Source of the DNA: a bacterium
Lineage (GTDB): Bacteria; Patescibacteriota; Patescibacteriia; Magasanikbacterales; GWA2-37-8
DNA length: 62,881 bases
Reading direction: 5' to 3'
Assembly (NCBI GenBank): GCA_043821725.1
Contig: JBDRCM010000012.1
Coordinates: 1-62,881 of the forward strand
Part shown: positions 27,595 to 37,400 of the stretch, one piece after another
Position numbering within the stretch: the stretch's first letter is position 1
Layout: each line of letters starts with the position of its first letter
Translations under genes and position numbers: made by a program
Notes under the pieces: model-generated
The model's input: the letters and a program-made list of their open reading frames with translations, nothing else
What the model was told of the DNA's origin: nothing
Database searches by the model: none

Positions 27595-27683
27595 TGTCTT
27601 TTCTTCCTCTCGAGGTAGGTAGGGTTGAACTTCCAATAAACTTGGAAAATATTATATATCAAATTTATTTTTTTGTCAATGAT

Positions 27684-28220
27684 ATGCTTTCAAAACAGCG
27701 TGGCAATAATCAAATTTTAGTGCATACTTGGTTATTGACAAAAAGTAAAAAATATAGCACAGTGACAGTGGAATATTTTTACATATTGAAGTTGTCGGAT
27801 TTCAAATCAACGGCAATGTGTAAAGCTCTTTATAAATTGTATGGCATTAGCAATCACATGCATTGGCAATCAAGGGATTGCATGGAGGATATTATGGAAA
27901 ATGGTTCGCCTTATAGAGACGGGCAGGATCAAGAAATAAGATATTGGTATTTGGTTTTTTCGGCGTTGGTATGCTTAAGGCAACAAGACATGAACACAAA
28001 CGTTAGCATTTTGTGTGTCAGCCGGGGCATGTTTGACGTGCAAAAAGTAGAAAAGGCAGTAGTCGGAAGGGGTATTACAATAACAGGAGATTCGAGTATG
28101 AGGTTCCCAATAATATTAGTTTTTCCTGTAACTGCCACTTTATCCAGCTGGAAAGAATTGGATCAGGCAACTCATGAACGATGGAAAAAAGCAAAGACCA
28201 ACATTGACTTGACCGGTTGA
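27684..28220 (+). CDS. hypothetical protein (start uncertain)
   Basis: This is the in-frame ATG within ORF 27594-28220. The upstream part would overlap the divergent gene's start. No motif recognised. Confidence 0.35.
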   Translation: MLSKQRGNNQILVHTWLLTKSKKYSTVTVEYFYILKLSDFKSTAMCKALYKLYGISNHMHWQSRDCMEDIMENGSPYRDGQDQEIRYWYLVFSALVCLRQQDMNTNVSILCVSRGMFDVQKVEKAVVGRGITITGDSSMRFPIILVFPVTATLSSWKELDQATHERWKKAKTNIDLTG

Positions 28221-28322
28221 TCTCTGTAGCTAACCAACAAAGCCGTAATCTTCTCCGGCCATCTTCTCATAAAAGCTCTGATTATTAAAAATCTGCACAT
28301 GGCTTTTTTGAGAACCGGAGAA

Positions 28323-28357
28323 GAAAAAAACACGCGCGTTAAGCGCGTGTTTTTTTT
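28323..28357. terminator. bidirectional rho-independent terminator
   Basis: A-run, ACACGCGC / GCGCGTGT GC-rich stem, then a T-run. Sits between the hypothetical + strand gene and the 3' end of tRNA-Glu. Confidence 0.75.
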
Positions 28358-28358
28358 G

Positions 28359-28430
28359 TACCGCCACGGGGAATTGAACCCCGGTTTATAGGATGAAAAC
28401 CTATTGTCCTAACCACTAGACGATGGCGGC
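28359..28430 (-). tRNA. tRNA-Glu (UUC)
   Basis: A 72-nt cloverleaf folded by hand: GCCGCCA acceptor, TCGTCTAGTGGTTAGGAC D arm typical of tRNA-Glu, ATAGG-TTTTCAT-CCTAT anticodon arm, CGGGG/CCCCG T stem. Confidence 0.88.
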
Positions 28431-28464
28431 GTAAACCAACCTAAAAAAATTTAATTTCCACCAT

Positions 28465-28493
28465 ATAATAAACTGTTTTAATTGCAAAGTCAA
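28465..28493 (-). promoter_or_regulatory. sigma70-type promoter for tRNA-Glu
   Basis: Minus strand: TTGACT, 17 nt, TATTAT. Confidence 0.55.
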
Positions 28494-28569
28494 GAGGTTT
28501 GCAAAAAATAGCAAAACAAAAACACCCGATAAACGGGAGTTTTTGTTATGGTTTTTCAAACCGTAGAAA

Positions 28570-28845
28570 TTATTTCAAAGCGTCCTTTAATGCTTTTCCT
28601 GCTTTAAATTTAGGTACGGTGACAGCTGCGATCTGGATTTTCTGAGTAGGATTTTGTGGGTTAACGCCTGTTCTGGCGGCTCGCCTTTTTGAGCTGAAAG
28701 CTCCAAATCCGGTAAGTACCACTTCGTCGCCTGCTTTCAATGTACTGGTAATCAATTCAAGCAAAGCATTCAACATGTCTTCTGCTTCCTTTTTGGAAGA
28801 TCCGACTTTGTCGGCTAAAGCTTGGGCTAATTGTGCTTTATTCAT
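28570..28845 (-). CDS. hup: DNA-binding protein HU
   Basis: 91 aa. MNKAQL...GFGAF...RTGVNPQNP...KFKAGKALKDA is a typical HU/IHF fold sequence. Strong SD (GAGGGGGTGA). Confidence 0.93.
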   Translation of the reverse strand: MNKAQLAQALADKVGSSKKEAEDMLNALLELITSTLKAGDEVVLTGFGAFSSKRRAARTGVNPQNPTQKIQIAAVTVPKFKAGKALKDALK

Positions 28846-29044
28846 AGTTTCACCCCCTCTCTGTTTAAGGGTTAGAACCCCGAATTTTTCGCAAAAAGTT
28901 CGGGTTTAAGCGCTTTAGATTAAATTATCTAAATGCGATTTGGCTAAAAACTGATATTTTTATATCTGCATTATAACACCTTTTATTGTTTTTGGCTATA
29001 GTTAGACAAATTTAGTTGTCCACAGGCAATTGAGCTCAATTTTT

Positions 29045-30583
29045 TTATCTTGCGTATTCAACTATCCTGTTTTCTCTAATCACAGTTATCCTTATTTCAC
29101 CAGGGTATTGCAAATCCTGCTCTATTTTTCTGGCAATATCTTTTGCCAGTTGATGAGCCGCATAATCATCAACCTCGCTTGGCTGGACAAAAATGCGAAC
29201 TTCCCGGCCGGCTTGTATTGCATAAACCTTATCAATTCCCGGAAAGCCCTTGGCTGTTTCTTCAAGTTCTTCAAGTCGGGCGACAAATTGTTCATAAGTA
29301 TCTTTGCGTGCTCCAATTCTGGCTCCGGAAATGGCATCAGCCGCTTTTACAATACTGGAAAAGATGTCAGCTGGTTTGTCATCATGGTGGGTAAGAGCCG
29401 ATAGCACGACGCTTTCATCCATTTTAAATTTACGAAGAATCATTTCGCCAATTTGCGGATGTGAACCTTGTGTTTCCTGGTCAACTGCCTTGCCAATGTC
29501 ATGAAAAAAGCCGCACTTTTTTGCTTTAGCGCCGTCAAGTCCAACTTCATTGGCTATAATTGAAGCAAGATGAGCAACTTCCATTGAGTGATTGAGGATA
29601 TTCTGTCCATAGCTTGTTCTGTATTTAAGCCGTCCGATTATGCTAATCAATTTGGGATCTATGCCTGTCATTCCCATTTTGTACAATGCTTCTTCTCCGG
29701 CTTTTTTTATCTCAATCGCAAGTTCTTGTTTTGCCTTTTCAATAAACTCTTCTATTCTTGCCGGCTGTATTCTGCCGTCAGCCATTAATTTTTCCAAAGC
29801 AATCTTGGCAATCTGGCGGCGTATCGGAGAAAAACCTGATACCATAATGGAATCAGGCGTTTCATCAATCACCAATTCGCATCCTGTTAACTTTTCAATT
29901 GTTTTAATATTGCGTCCTTCTTTGCCGATTATGCGCCCTTTCATTTCCTCATTTGGAAGATGGACTGTTGTGGACGTTATCTCAGCTGCGTGTGAAGCTG
30001 CGCATCTTTGCACCGAGTCGGTGATGATCTGCCTCACTTTGTTTTCATACTCTTCACTGCCGGTTTTTTCCAATTTCATAATTCTGATCATCAAATCATT
30101 TCTGCTTTCTTCTTCAACTCTCTGCATAAGCTCTTCTCTGGCCGCATCGCGATCCAAATTGGCAATGTTTTGCAACTTAGCCAGCTGTTGTTCCTTAATT
30201 TGCTCAACTTCCTTTTTTATCCCCTGCACTTTTTCAACTCCTTCTTGCAGTTTTTGTTGTTTATCCTGAAATTCAATCAGCCTTTGGTCAAACATATTTT
30301 CCCTTTTTTCCAAACGCTGTTGTTGGGACTGCATGTCCCGTCTAATTTGCCTTTCTTCCTTTTTCGCCTCATCAATTACTTTAACGGATTTTTCTTTTGC
30401 CTGCAAAATCAAGTCCTGTTGTTTTGTTTTTGCGTCATTCAATATTTTGGCCGCTTTGGCTTCTATTGAATCGGCTTGTGCTTGGGCGATTTTTTTGCGC
30501 AAGAAATATCCAAGCGCTATGCTTCCGCTGATGCCGACCAGCCCGCCCAGGGCAATGGCCGCGAATAGTGTAACTCCGGTCAT
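29045..30583 (-). CDS. rny: ribonuclease Y
   Basis: 512 aa. N-terminal TM helix, coiled coil, KH domain (GRIIGKEGRNIK), HD domain (FFHDIGKA, HHDDK). Confidence 0.93.
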   Translation of the reverse strand: MTGVTLFAAIALGGLVGISGSIALGYFLRKKIAQAQADSIEAKAAKILNDAKTKQQDLILQAKEKSVKVIDEAKKEERQIRRDMQSQQQRLEKRENMFDQRLIEFQDKQQKLQEGVEKVQGIKKEVEQIKEQQLAKLQNIANLDRDAAREELMQRVEEESRNDLMIRIMKLEKTGSEEYENKVRQIITDSVQRCAASHAAEITSTTVHLPNEEMKGRIIGKEGRNIKTIEKLTGCELVIDETPDSIMVSGFSPIRRQIAKIALEKLMADGRIQPARIEEFIEKAKQELAIEIKKAGEEALYKMGMTGIDPKLISIIGRLKYRTSYGQNILNHSMEVAHLASIIANEVGLDGAKAKKCGFFHDIGKAVDQETQGSHPQIGEMILRKFKMDESVVLSALTHHDDKPADIFSSIVKAADAISGARIGARKDTYEQFVARLEELEETAKGFPGIDKVYAIQAGREVRIFVQPSEVDDYAAHQLAKDIARKIEQDLQYPGEIRITVIRENRIVEYAR

Positions 30584-30970
30584 AAAAAAAACCTCAAATT
30601 AATATCTGAGGAATATTTTACAGGATTATTTATGCCGACTTATTGGCTGATAAAACAAAAAAAATAAAATAAGATTAGGCCTGAACGCCGAAATTATTGC
30701 AAAAGCATGCCTGTTTGCTATGTAGTACTGCTTTTGAACCAATAGAGAAGTCTGCCCTTATTTTGTTATTATTTTTGAATATTTGAGCCATATTTGCTTT
30801 TGATCCGCTTGAGTGTTTTTTTGATTCCATCTTCATTATTTGCGGTAGCAGTCGGGTTTTATTCAGCTGTAAAAAATTCTCAGATAACTGTTATTAATTA
30901 AATGTACATTTACTATAGCATATTTATTGGTTGTTGTCAATGGCATGACATGCAACTCTTTATATAACTG

Positions 30971-30999
30971 TTGACCGATACCTACTTGTAGTATATAAT
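30971..30999 (+). promoter_or_regulatory. consensus sigma70 promoter for infB
   Basis: TTGACC, 17 nt, TATAAT. The predicted leader is only about 12 nt and has no SD. Confidence 0.65.
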
Positions 31000-31017
31000 G
31001 AAACTGCATTAAAAATT

Positions 31018-33033
31018 ATGAATGTTACTGAATTGGCAAGACAATTAAGAGTTCATCCTAAAAAGCTTTTGGAAGTGCTTCCGGAGTTTGGTTTTGATAT
31101 TGGAGCGCGTGCCATTAAGGTTGATGACAGAATAGCACAGAAAATAATGCGTTCATGGCGCAGGATTAAGCGCGAGCTGGAGAAAAAAGAAGAAGAGGAA
31201 AAGCAGAAAATACGCGAACTTGAAAAAATACAAAGGCGCGAAAGAGGAGAAGTTATAAAGGTGCCGATGTGGCTCACTGTAAGCGAACTGGCTGACATTT
31301 TAAGTATACAAACCACGCGTTTGATAATGGAGTTGATGAAGAACGGTATATTGGCCACAAAAAATGAAGACATTGATCATGATACTGCTGTTTTAATAGC
31401 TGAAGAGCTTGGTTATGTTGTTGAACAGATAGATGAACAATCTATTGGAAAAGACGTTGGCAAGCACGTGAACAATCTGGAAGACATACTTACTGATGTA
31501 AAAACAAGCAAGCGTCCGCCAGTTATTGTTGTTGTCGGCCATGTTGATCATGGAAAAACAAAACTGCTGGATGCCATTAGAAACGCCGATGTGGCAGGAA
31601 AGGAAGCCGGTGGAATTACACAGCATATTGGCGCTTATCAGGTAATATGGAAGGATCCAAAGACAAAAATTGATTCTCCACTTACTTTTATTGATACTCC
31701 CGGCCATGAAGCGTTTACAGTTATGCGAAGCAGAGGAGCAAAAGTTGCTGATATTGCAATTTTAGTTGTTGCCGCAGATGACAGTGTTAAGCCACAGACA
31801 ATTGAGTCCATCAATATAATCAAAGCGGCCAAAATACCGGTTGTAGTTGCGATAAATAAAATTGATAAAGAAGAAGCTGATGTGGAAAAAGTAAAAGTTG
31901 ACCTATCCAAGCAAGGAGTGGTTTGTGAAGAATGGGGGGGCGACACGCCAATGGTGGCGCTTTCCGCAAAGCAAAATCAGAACATTGACAAGCTTCTTGA
32001 TGTTTTATTGCTGGTTGACGAAATGCACAAAGATGATATAAAAGCCAATCCAAACAGGCCGGCGGCCGGCACTGTGATTGAGGCGCATATAGACAAGGGA
32101 GAAGGAAGCGTTGCTTCAGTGCTTGTGCAAACAGGGATTTTAAGAATAAATGACCCTCTGGTTATTAACGGTGAAATTTACGGCAAAGTAAGAGCAATGA
32201 AAAACGATCGTAATGAAACAATTGACCAAGCGCCTCCAAGCTGTCCTGTGCGCGTGCTTGGATTTAAAGTGGCTCCGCAAGTCGGAGATGTGCTTGATGT
32301 TGGATCTGTTGGCATGGCTGAAAAAATAGATATAAAGGCAAAAAAAACAATACAATCAAGAGCTGAAAGAAAGACAGCCGTCTATGGCAGGACAGAAGAA
32401 GAGGAGTTGGCGTCGCAACTATTAAATTTAGTGGTAAAGGCCGACACACTTGGATCTTTGGAAGCGGTTATTGCATCTTTATCCAAAATTCAGAGCCATG
32501 AAGTCGGAGTGCGCATAATAGGCAAGGGCTTGGGCAATGTAACCGCTGATGACGTTGCTAAAGCTGAAGCGGCTGGTGCGTTGATTTGCGCTTTCAATGT
32601 TTCAGTACCGTTTTCAATTCAGGAAATGATATCTGAAAAGTCGCTTAAATTTATTGAGCATAAAATAATTTATGATCTCATAGACGCGGTCAAGATCGAT
32701 CTTCAAAGCTTGGTGCGCACTGAAACAATAATTAAAGAACTTGGAACTTTTGAAGTTAAAGCTGTATTTAGGACAGATAAAAATAAAATGATTGTTGGTG
32801 GTTTGGTTTTAGACGGAAAGCTGGAAAAAGGAGCAAAGGCAAAAGTATCGCGCAATTCAGAGGAATTGGAAGTCGGTGAAATATCCCAACTTCAATCAGG
32901 CAAGCAAGATGTAACTGAAGTCCCGCAAGGAAGCGAGTGTGGACTGTGTTATGTTGGAAAGGAGCGTTTACAAATTGGAGACGTACTTGCGCTTTATAAA
33001 GAAGAGTTTATAACAAAAAAATTAGAATTATAA
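31018..33033 (+). CDS. infB: translation initiation factor IF-2
   Basis: 671 aa. G domain GHVDHGKT, DTPGHEAF, NKIDK. Confidence 0.95.
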   Translation: MNVTELARQLRVHPKKLLEVLPEFGFDIGARAIKVDDRIAQKIMRSWRRIKRELEKKEEEEKQKIRELEKIQRRERGEVIKVPMWLTVSELADILSIQTTRLIMELMKNGILATKNEDIDHDTAVLIAEELGYVVEQIDEQSIGKDVGKHVNNLEDILTDVKTSKRPPVIVVVGHVDHGKTKLLDAIRNADVAGKEAGGITQHIGAYQVIWKDPKTKIDSPLTFIDTPGHEAFTVMRSRGAKVADIAILVVAADDSVKPQTIESINIIKAAKIPVVVAINKIDKEEADVEKVKVDLSKQGVVCEEWGGDTPMVALSAKQNQNIDKLLDVLLLVDEMHKDDIKANPNRPAAGTVIEAHIDKGEGSVASVLVQTGILRINDPLVINGEIYGKVRAMKNDRNETIDQAPPSCPVRVLGFKVAPQVGDVLDVGSVGMAEKIDIKAKKTIQSRAERKTAVYGRTEEEELASQLLNLVVKADTLGSLEAVIASLSKIQSHEVGVRIIGKGLGNVTADDVAKAEAAGALICAFNVSVPFSIQEMISEKSLKFIEHKIIYDLIDAVKIDLQSLVRTETIIKELGTFEVKAVFRTDKNKMIVGGLVLDGKLEKGAKAKVSRNSEELEVGEISQLQSGKQDVTEVPQGSECGLCYVGKERLQIGDVLALYKEEFITKKLEL

Positions 33034-33042
33034 TATACGCAT

Positions 33043-33366
33043 ATGTCTTTTGTGTTTACAGATCAAAATTTTAATGAGGAGGTAGTTCAATCGGATGTTC
33101 CGGTGTTTATTGATTTTTGGGCTCCATGGTGCGGTCCTTGCCAGATGATGGGTCCAATTATTGATGAGCTTGCGGATGAATATAAGGACAAAAAAATAAA
33201 GATAGGAAAGTGTAATGTTGATGAAAACGGGAATATTGCCGCGCAGTTCAAAATAATGAGCATTCCGGCGTTTATGGTTTTTAAAGATGGTAAGCCGTCA
33301 GATCAGATGACAGGCGGAGTTCCAAAGGAAAAGCTGGCTGAAATGATTGACAGGGCTGTTGAGTAA
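33043..33366 (+). CDS. trxA: thioredoxin
   Basis: 107 aa with the WCGPC active site. Confidence 0.93.
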   Translation: MSFVFTDQNFNEEVVQSDVPVFIDFWAPWCGPCQMMGPIIDELADEYKDKKIKIGKCNVDENGNIAAQFKIMSIPAFMVFKDGKPSDQMTGGVPKEKLAEMIDRAVE

Positions 33367-33462
33367 TATGGGATGCGAAAATCGCCTCCGATCAAATAAA
33401 ATCTTTTAAAAGCAAATCTCAGCCAATTCATACATTTGATTGCGGGATATAAAACAAAAAAT

Positions 33463-33489
33463 AAAAAAGGCAGTTCAGCTGTCTTTTTT
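33463..33489 (+). terminator. A/T-flanked hairpin terminator after trxA
   Basis: AAAAAAGGCAG-TTCAG-CTGTCTTTTTT. Confidence 0.55.
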
Positions 33490-33618
33490 AAGTGTGGAAA
33501 ATCAATACCATGATTTGATTTTTTAGCGCTGATTAGGTAAGATATACACAATACAGAATTTGTGGTGAGTTTAAGATCTTGTCGTCCTCGGTATAATATA
33601 CTTGGCATCAGGCATAAC

Positions 33619-33671
33619 GGGTCTGTCACCAAATACCATTTTGTTACGAAAGCGCATTTGGCGACAGACCC
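33619..33671. repeat. 53-nt short copy of the MITE-like palindromic element
   Basis: GGGTCTGTCACCAAAT...ATTTGGCGACAGACCC forms a 15/16-bp stem. It is flanked on both sides by ATAAC (33614-33618 and 33672-33676) and ends 12 nt upstream of the IMPase ATG. Confidence 0.8.
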
Positions 33672-33683
33672 ATAACGATTTTT

Positions 33684-34466
33684 ATGGAAAAATTTTTACA
33701 GGATATTATTAAAGAAGCCGGATTTCTCGCAAAAGGATATTATCAGCAGGAAATATCTCATACCTTTAAGTCAGATCCGACTGACATACTCACAGTTGCC
33801 GACACCGCGGTTGAAAGTTTTTTAATAAATAAAATACTTGAGCGCTATCCTGATCATGGAATAATTTCCGAAGAAAGGGAAGATCCAATAAATCCTGAGG
33901 CGGAATATGTTTGGGTGATTGATCCAATTGACGGGACTAGAAATTTTTCCCGCCATATAGCAATGTGGTGCACAATGGTAGGAATAACCAAAAAAGGAAA
34001 GCCCTATATGGGCGCGGTTTATGATGCTGTAAATGACGAACTATTTTTTGCGAAAAAAGGCAAGGGAGCTTTTTTAAATAACAACAAAATTCATGTGAGC
34101 AAGCATGCTGATGTAAAGCATTCATTTTTGGTTTTTAGCGGAGGGGTCATGAATCAAGATTCTCCATACAATGCAGGTGAATTTGAACGCTATGCTAAAT
34201 TTCATGACAAGCTTGTTGCTGAAGATGGCCATTGGATACATAATTTTGGAACCACAATGTCATTGTGCGCGCTGGCTGCCGGGCGCGTTGACGCAATGAT
34301 AATGAACAGCGGGCTATATCACGATTATTTGGCCAATTATGTGATTGCAACTGAAGCAGGGGCTCTGTTTACTGACAGCCATGGAAATGATTGGAAAAAA
34401 GGACGCATGGATGTTGTGGTGGCCAATTCAACTCTTCATAAAAATCTTATGGCAATGTTTAATTGA
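33684..34466 (+). CDS. inositol monophosphatase family protein
   Basis: 260 aa. SEE...WVIDPIDGTRNF metal-binding motifs. Confidence 0.88.
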   Translation: MEKFLQDIIKEAGFLAKGYYQQEISHTFKSDPTDILTVADTAVESFLINKILERYPDHGIISEEREDPINPEAEYVWVIDPIDGTRNFSRHIAMWCTMVGITKKGKPYMGAVYDAVNDELFFAKKGKGAFLNNNKIHVSKHADVKHSFLVFSGGVMNQDSPYNAGEFERYAKFHDKLVAEDGHWIHNFGTTMSLCALAAGRVDAMIMNSGLYHDYLANYVIATEAGALFTDSHGNDWKKGRMDVVVANSTLHKNLMAMFN

Positions 34467-34477
34467 TTTTATTGAAA

Positions 34478-37400
34478 ATGAAAATTATGAAAAAAAATAA
34501 TTTAAAAAAAATAAAGCCAAAATCACCTGCCTTTTTCAAAGCTTTGGCAGATAAGCAAAAATACAATCCTAAACTGATTGAATCAAAATGGCAGAAATAT
34601 TGGCAGGAAAACGCCATTTTTAATGTTAAAGAAGATAAAAACAAGGAAAAGTTTTACGCATTGATTGAGTTTCCATATCCTTCGGGCGACGGTCTTCATG
34701 TTGGACATGCCAGGCCGTTTACCGGAATGGATGTAATTGCGCGTAAAAAAAGAATGCAGGGCTTGAATGTGCTGTATCCCATTGGATTTGACGCTTTTGG
34801 ACTTCCAACTGAAAATCATGCCATTAAAACAGGGCGTGCTCCGGCTCAAGTAACAGCTGAAAACATAGCAACATTCACTTGCCAGCTTAAAATGCTCGGA
34901 TATAGTTTTGATTGGTTGCGATGCGTGAACACAACAGATCCGGATTATTACAAATGGACCCAGTGGATTTTTTTGCAATTATTTAAGCACGGCCTTGCGT
35001 ATAAAAAAAATATGCCCATCAATTGGTGCTTGGATTGTAAAATAGGTTTGGCCAATGAAGAAGTTGTTGAAGGCAGATGCGAGCGTTGCGGTGGGGAAGT
35101 TGAAAAGCGCGATAAAAGCCAATGGATGCTTGCAATTACAAAATATGCAGACAAGTTGTTGGACGGCTTGGATGAAGTTGACTATATTGAACGCGCGAAA
35201 ATTCAGCAGAAAAATTGGATTGGGAAGAGTGAGGGCGTAAGCATTAAATTTTCTGTCATTCTGAACGAGTCCAAACGGCGAAGTGAAGTATCCCTTGTGG
35301 CATTTACAACTCGTCCTGATACTTTATTCGGCGTTACATATATGGTGGTGGCGCCCGAGCATGAATTGATTAAGAAGTGTCAATCAATAATCACCAATCA
35401 GGACGAAATCAAAGATTACGTGAAAAAAGCCAAATTAAAATCCGATCTGCAAAGAGCCGAGATTCAAAAAGAAAAAACAGGCGTGGAATTAAAAGGCATA
35501 AAGGCAGTTAATCCGGTAAATAATCAAGAGATTCCAATCTGGGTTGCTGATTATGTACTGGATTCCTATGGCACGGGCGCTATAATGGCTGTTCCAGGGC
35601 ACGATGAAAGAGATTTTGAATTCGCTCAAATAATGGGCTTGGAAATAGTCAGGGTAGTAGTAGGGCTTGATGGGGACAAATCTCCAATTACGAAAATAGA
35701 ACAAGTTCAAGAAAAGGAAGGAAAAATGATGAATAGTGATTTTCTCAACGGATTGGACATACATGAGGCAACAAAAAAGATAATGGATTATATTGAAGAT
35801 AAGAAATGGGGCAAAAGAGAAATCAATTATAAACTCCGTGATTGGATATTTTCGCGCCAGCGGTATTGGGGCGAGCCAATTCCGTTGGTTCATTGCGAAA
35901 AGTGTGCGAGCAAAAAGCCAAAAATTTTACTAATTCATGGTTATGGCGGGCAAGATAAAGAAAATTGGTTTCCGTGGTTCAAAGCAAAGATGGAAAAAAA
36001 GGGATACGAAGTATTGATTCCGAATTTGCCAAATTCAGAAAATCCGAATTTAGATGAATGGTTAGACGCTTTAAATAAACTTGAAATCAAGTCAGATGAC
36101 AATCTTTTTGTCGTTGGACACAGTTTAGGAGGTCCCACTGCTTGTCATTTTATTATAAAAAATAATTTGAAAGTTAAAAAATTGGTTTTAGTAGCTCCTT
36201 GCGGTTATAGCAATGATTGGAAGCATTTGATGAAATATGATTTTCCAAAAGAAGCTCCGCAAATTATCACAAGTTTTATTCATGAGAAATTTGATTTTAA
36301 TAAATTAAATGAATTGGTTGAAAGTATAAGCTTGTATTTTTCAGAAGATGATCCATATATTCCTATTTCAACAAAGAATGATTATAAAGATGCCAAGGGA
36401 TTTGTCAGAATATATAAAAACAAGGGACATTTTAATAAAAAAATTTCCGGCATGACTGAATTTCCGGATATCTTATCTGAATTTCCAGAAGAATCAAGTA
36501 TTGGTTGGATCCCGCTTCCTGAAGATCAATTGCCATTAGAACTTCCAAAAATTGAAAAATACGAGCCAACTGATACGGGAGAGTCGCCATTAGCTGTTAT
36601 GGCGGATTGGGTAAATACAACATGCCCGAAATGCAAAGCGCCTGCCAAGCGTGAAACAGACACTATGCCGAATTGGGCGGGCAGTTCTTGGTATTTTTTG
36701 CGCTATTGTGACTCAAAAAATCATGAAAAATTCGCAAGCAAAAACAATCTTGAATATTGGGGGCCTGTTGACTGGTACAACGGGGGAATGGAGCATACAG
36801 TTTTGCATTTGCTGTATTCCCGCTTTTGGAACCATTTTTTATATGACATAAAAGCGGTTCCATTTAAGGAGCCATACAAAAAGCGCACTTCACACGGAAT
36901 GATTCTTGGAGAAGATGGAGAAAAGATGTCTAAATCGCGTGGTAATGTGATAAACCCGGATCAAATGGTTGACAAATTCGGCGCAGATGCTTTGCGAACA
37001 TATATAATGTTCATGGGACCGTTTGATCAGGCGGTCGCTTGGGATACCAACGGTGTTGTGGGAGTAAAAAGATTTTTAGACAGGGTATGGATATTGTCTC
37101 AAAAAATTGAAAAATCCGCAAAAGATGACAAGAAAATAGAGCGTCTTGTCCATAAAACAATAAAAAAAGTTACCGAAGATATTGATAAAATGCATTTTAA
37201 TACGGCAATTGCCAAAATGATGGAGATGGTTAATGAATTTGCAAAACATCCGACAATTTCAAAGTCACATTTTTCAGTTCTTATCAAACTACTTTCTCCG
37301 TTTGCTCCTCATGTATGCGAGGAATTATGGAAACAGCTTGGAAATGCATCTGGCATAGCGCTTGAACAATGGCCTTGTTATGATAAAGATAAAATTATTG

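Noticed and set aside
27150-27600. G+C-rich patches here and at 47950-48420 as structured RNAs (RNase P RNA, tmRNA, SRP/4.5S RNA)
   Set aside because: I looked for GAGGAAAGTCCGGGC / ACAGAACCCGGCTTA (RNase P), a tRNA-like 5'/3' pairing with a tag ORF (tmRNA), and the GGAAGCAGCC SRP motif, and found none. Protein-coding signals (SD, ATGA coupling, terminators) explain at least the second patch better.
35249-35264. TGTCATTCTGAACGAG inside leuS resembles the GTCATCCTGAG leader repeat and coincides with a stretch of about 5 extra aa before the TTRPDT motif
   Set aside because: The match is only about 13 of 15 nt. I estimate the expected number of chance hits at that stringency in 63 kb on both strands at roughly 0.1. 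This LeuS loop is variable in length anyway, so there is not enough evidence for an in-frame repeat insertion.
35912-36499. LeuS insertion as an intein or an intron-encoded ORF
   Set aside because: There is no Cys/Ser/Thr at the N-junction, no HN-C/S/T at the C-junction and no endonuclease motifs. The insert has alpha/beta-hydrolase motifs and is in frame, so it is a domain insertion.
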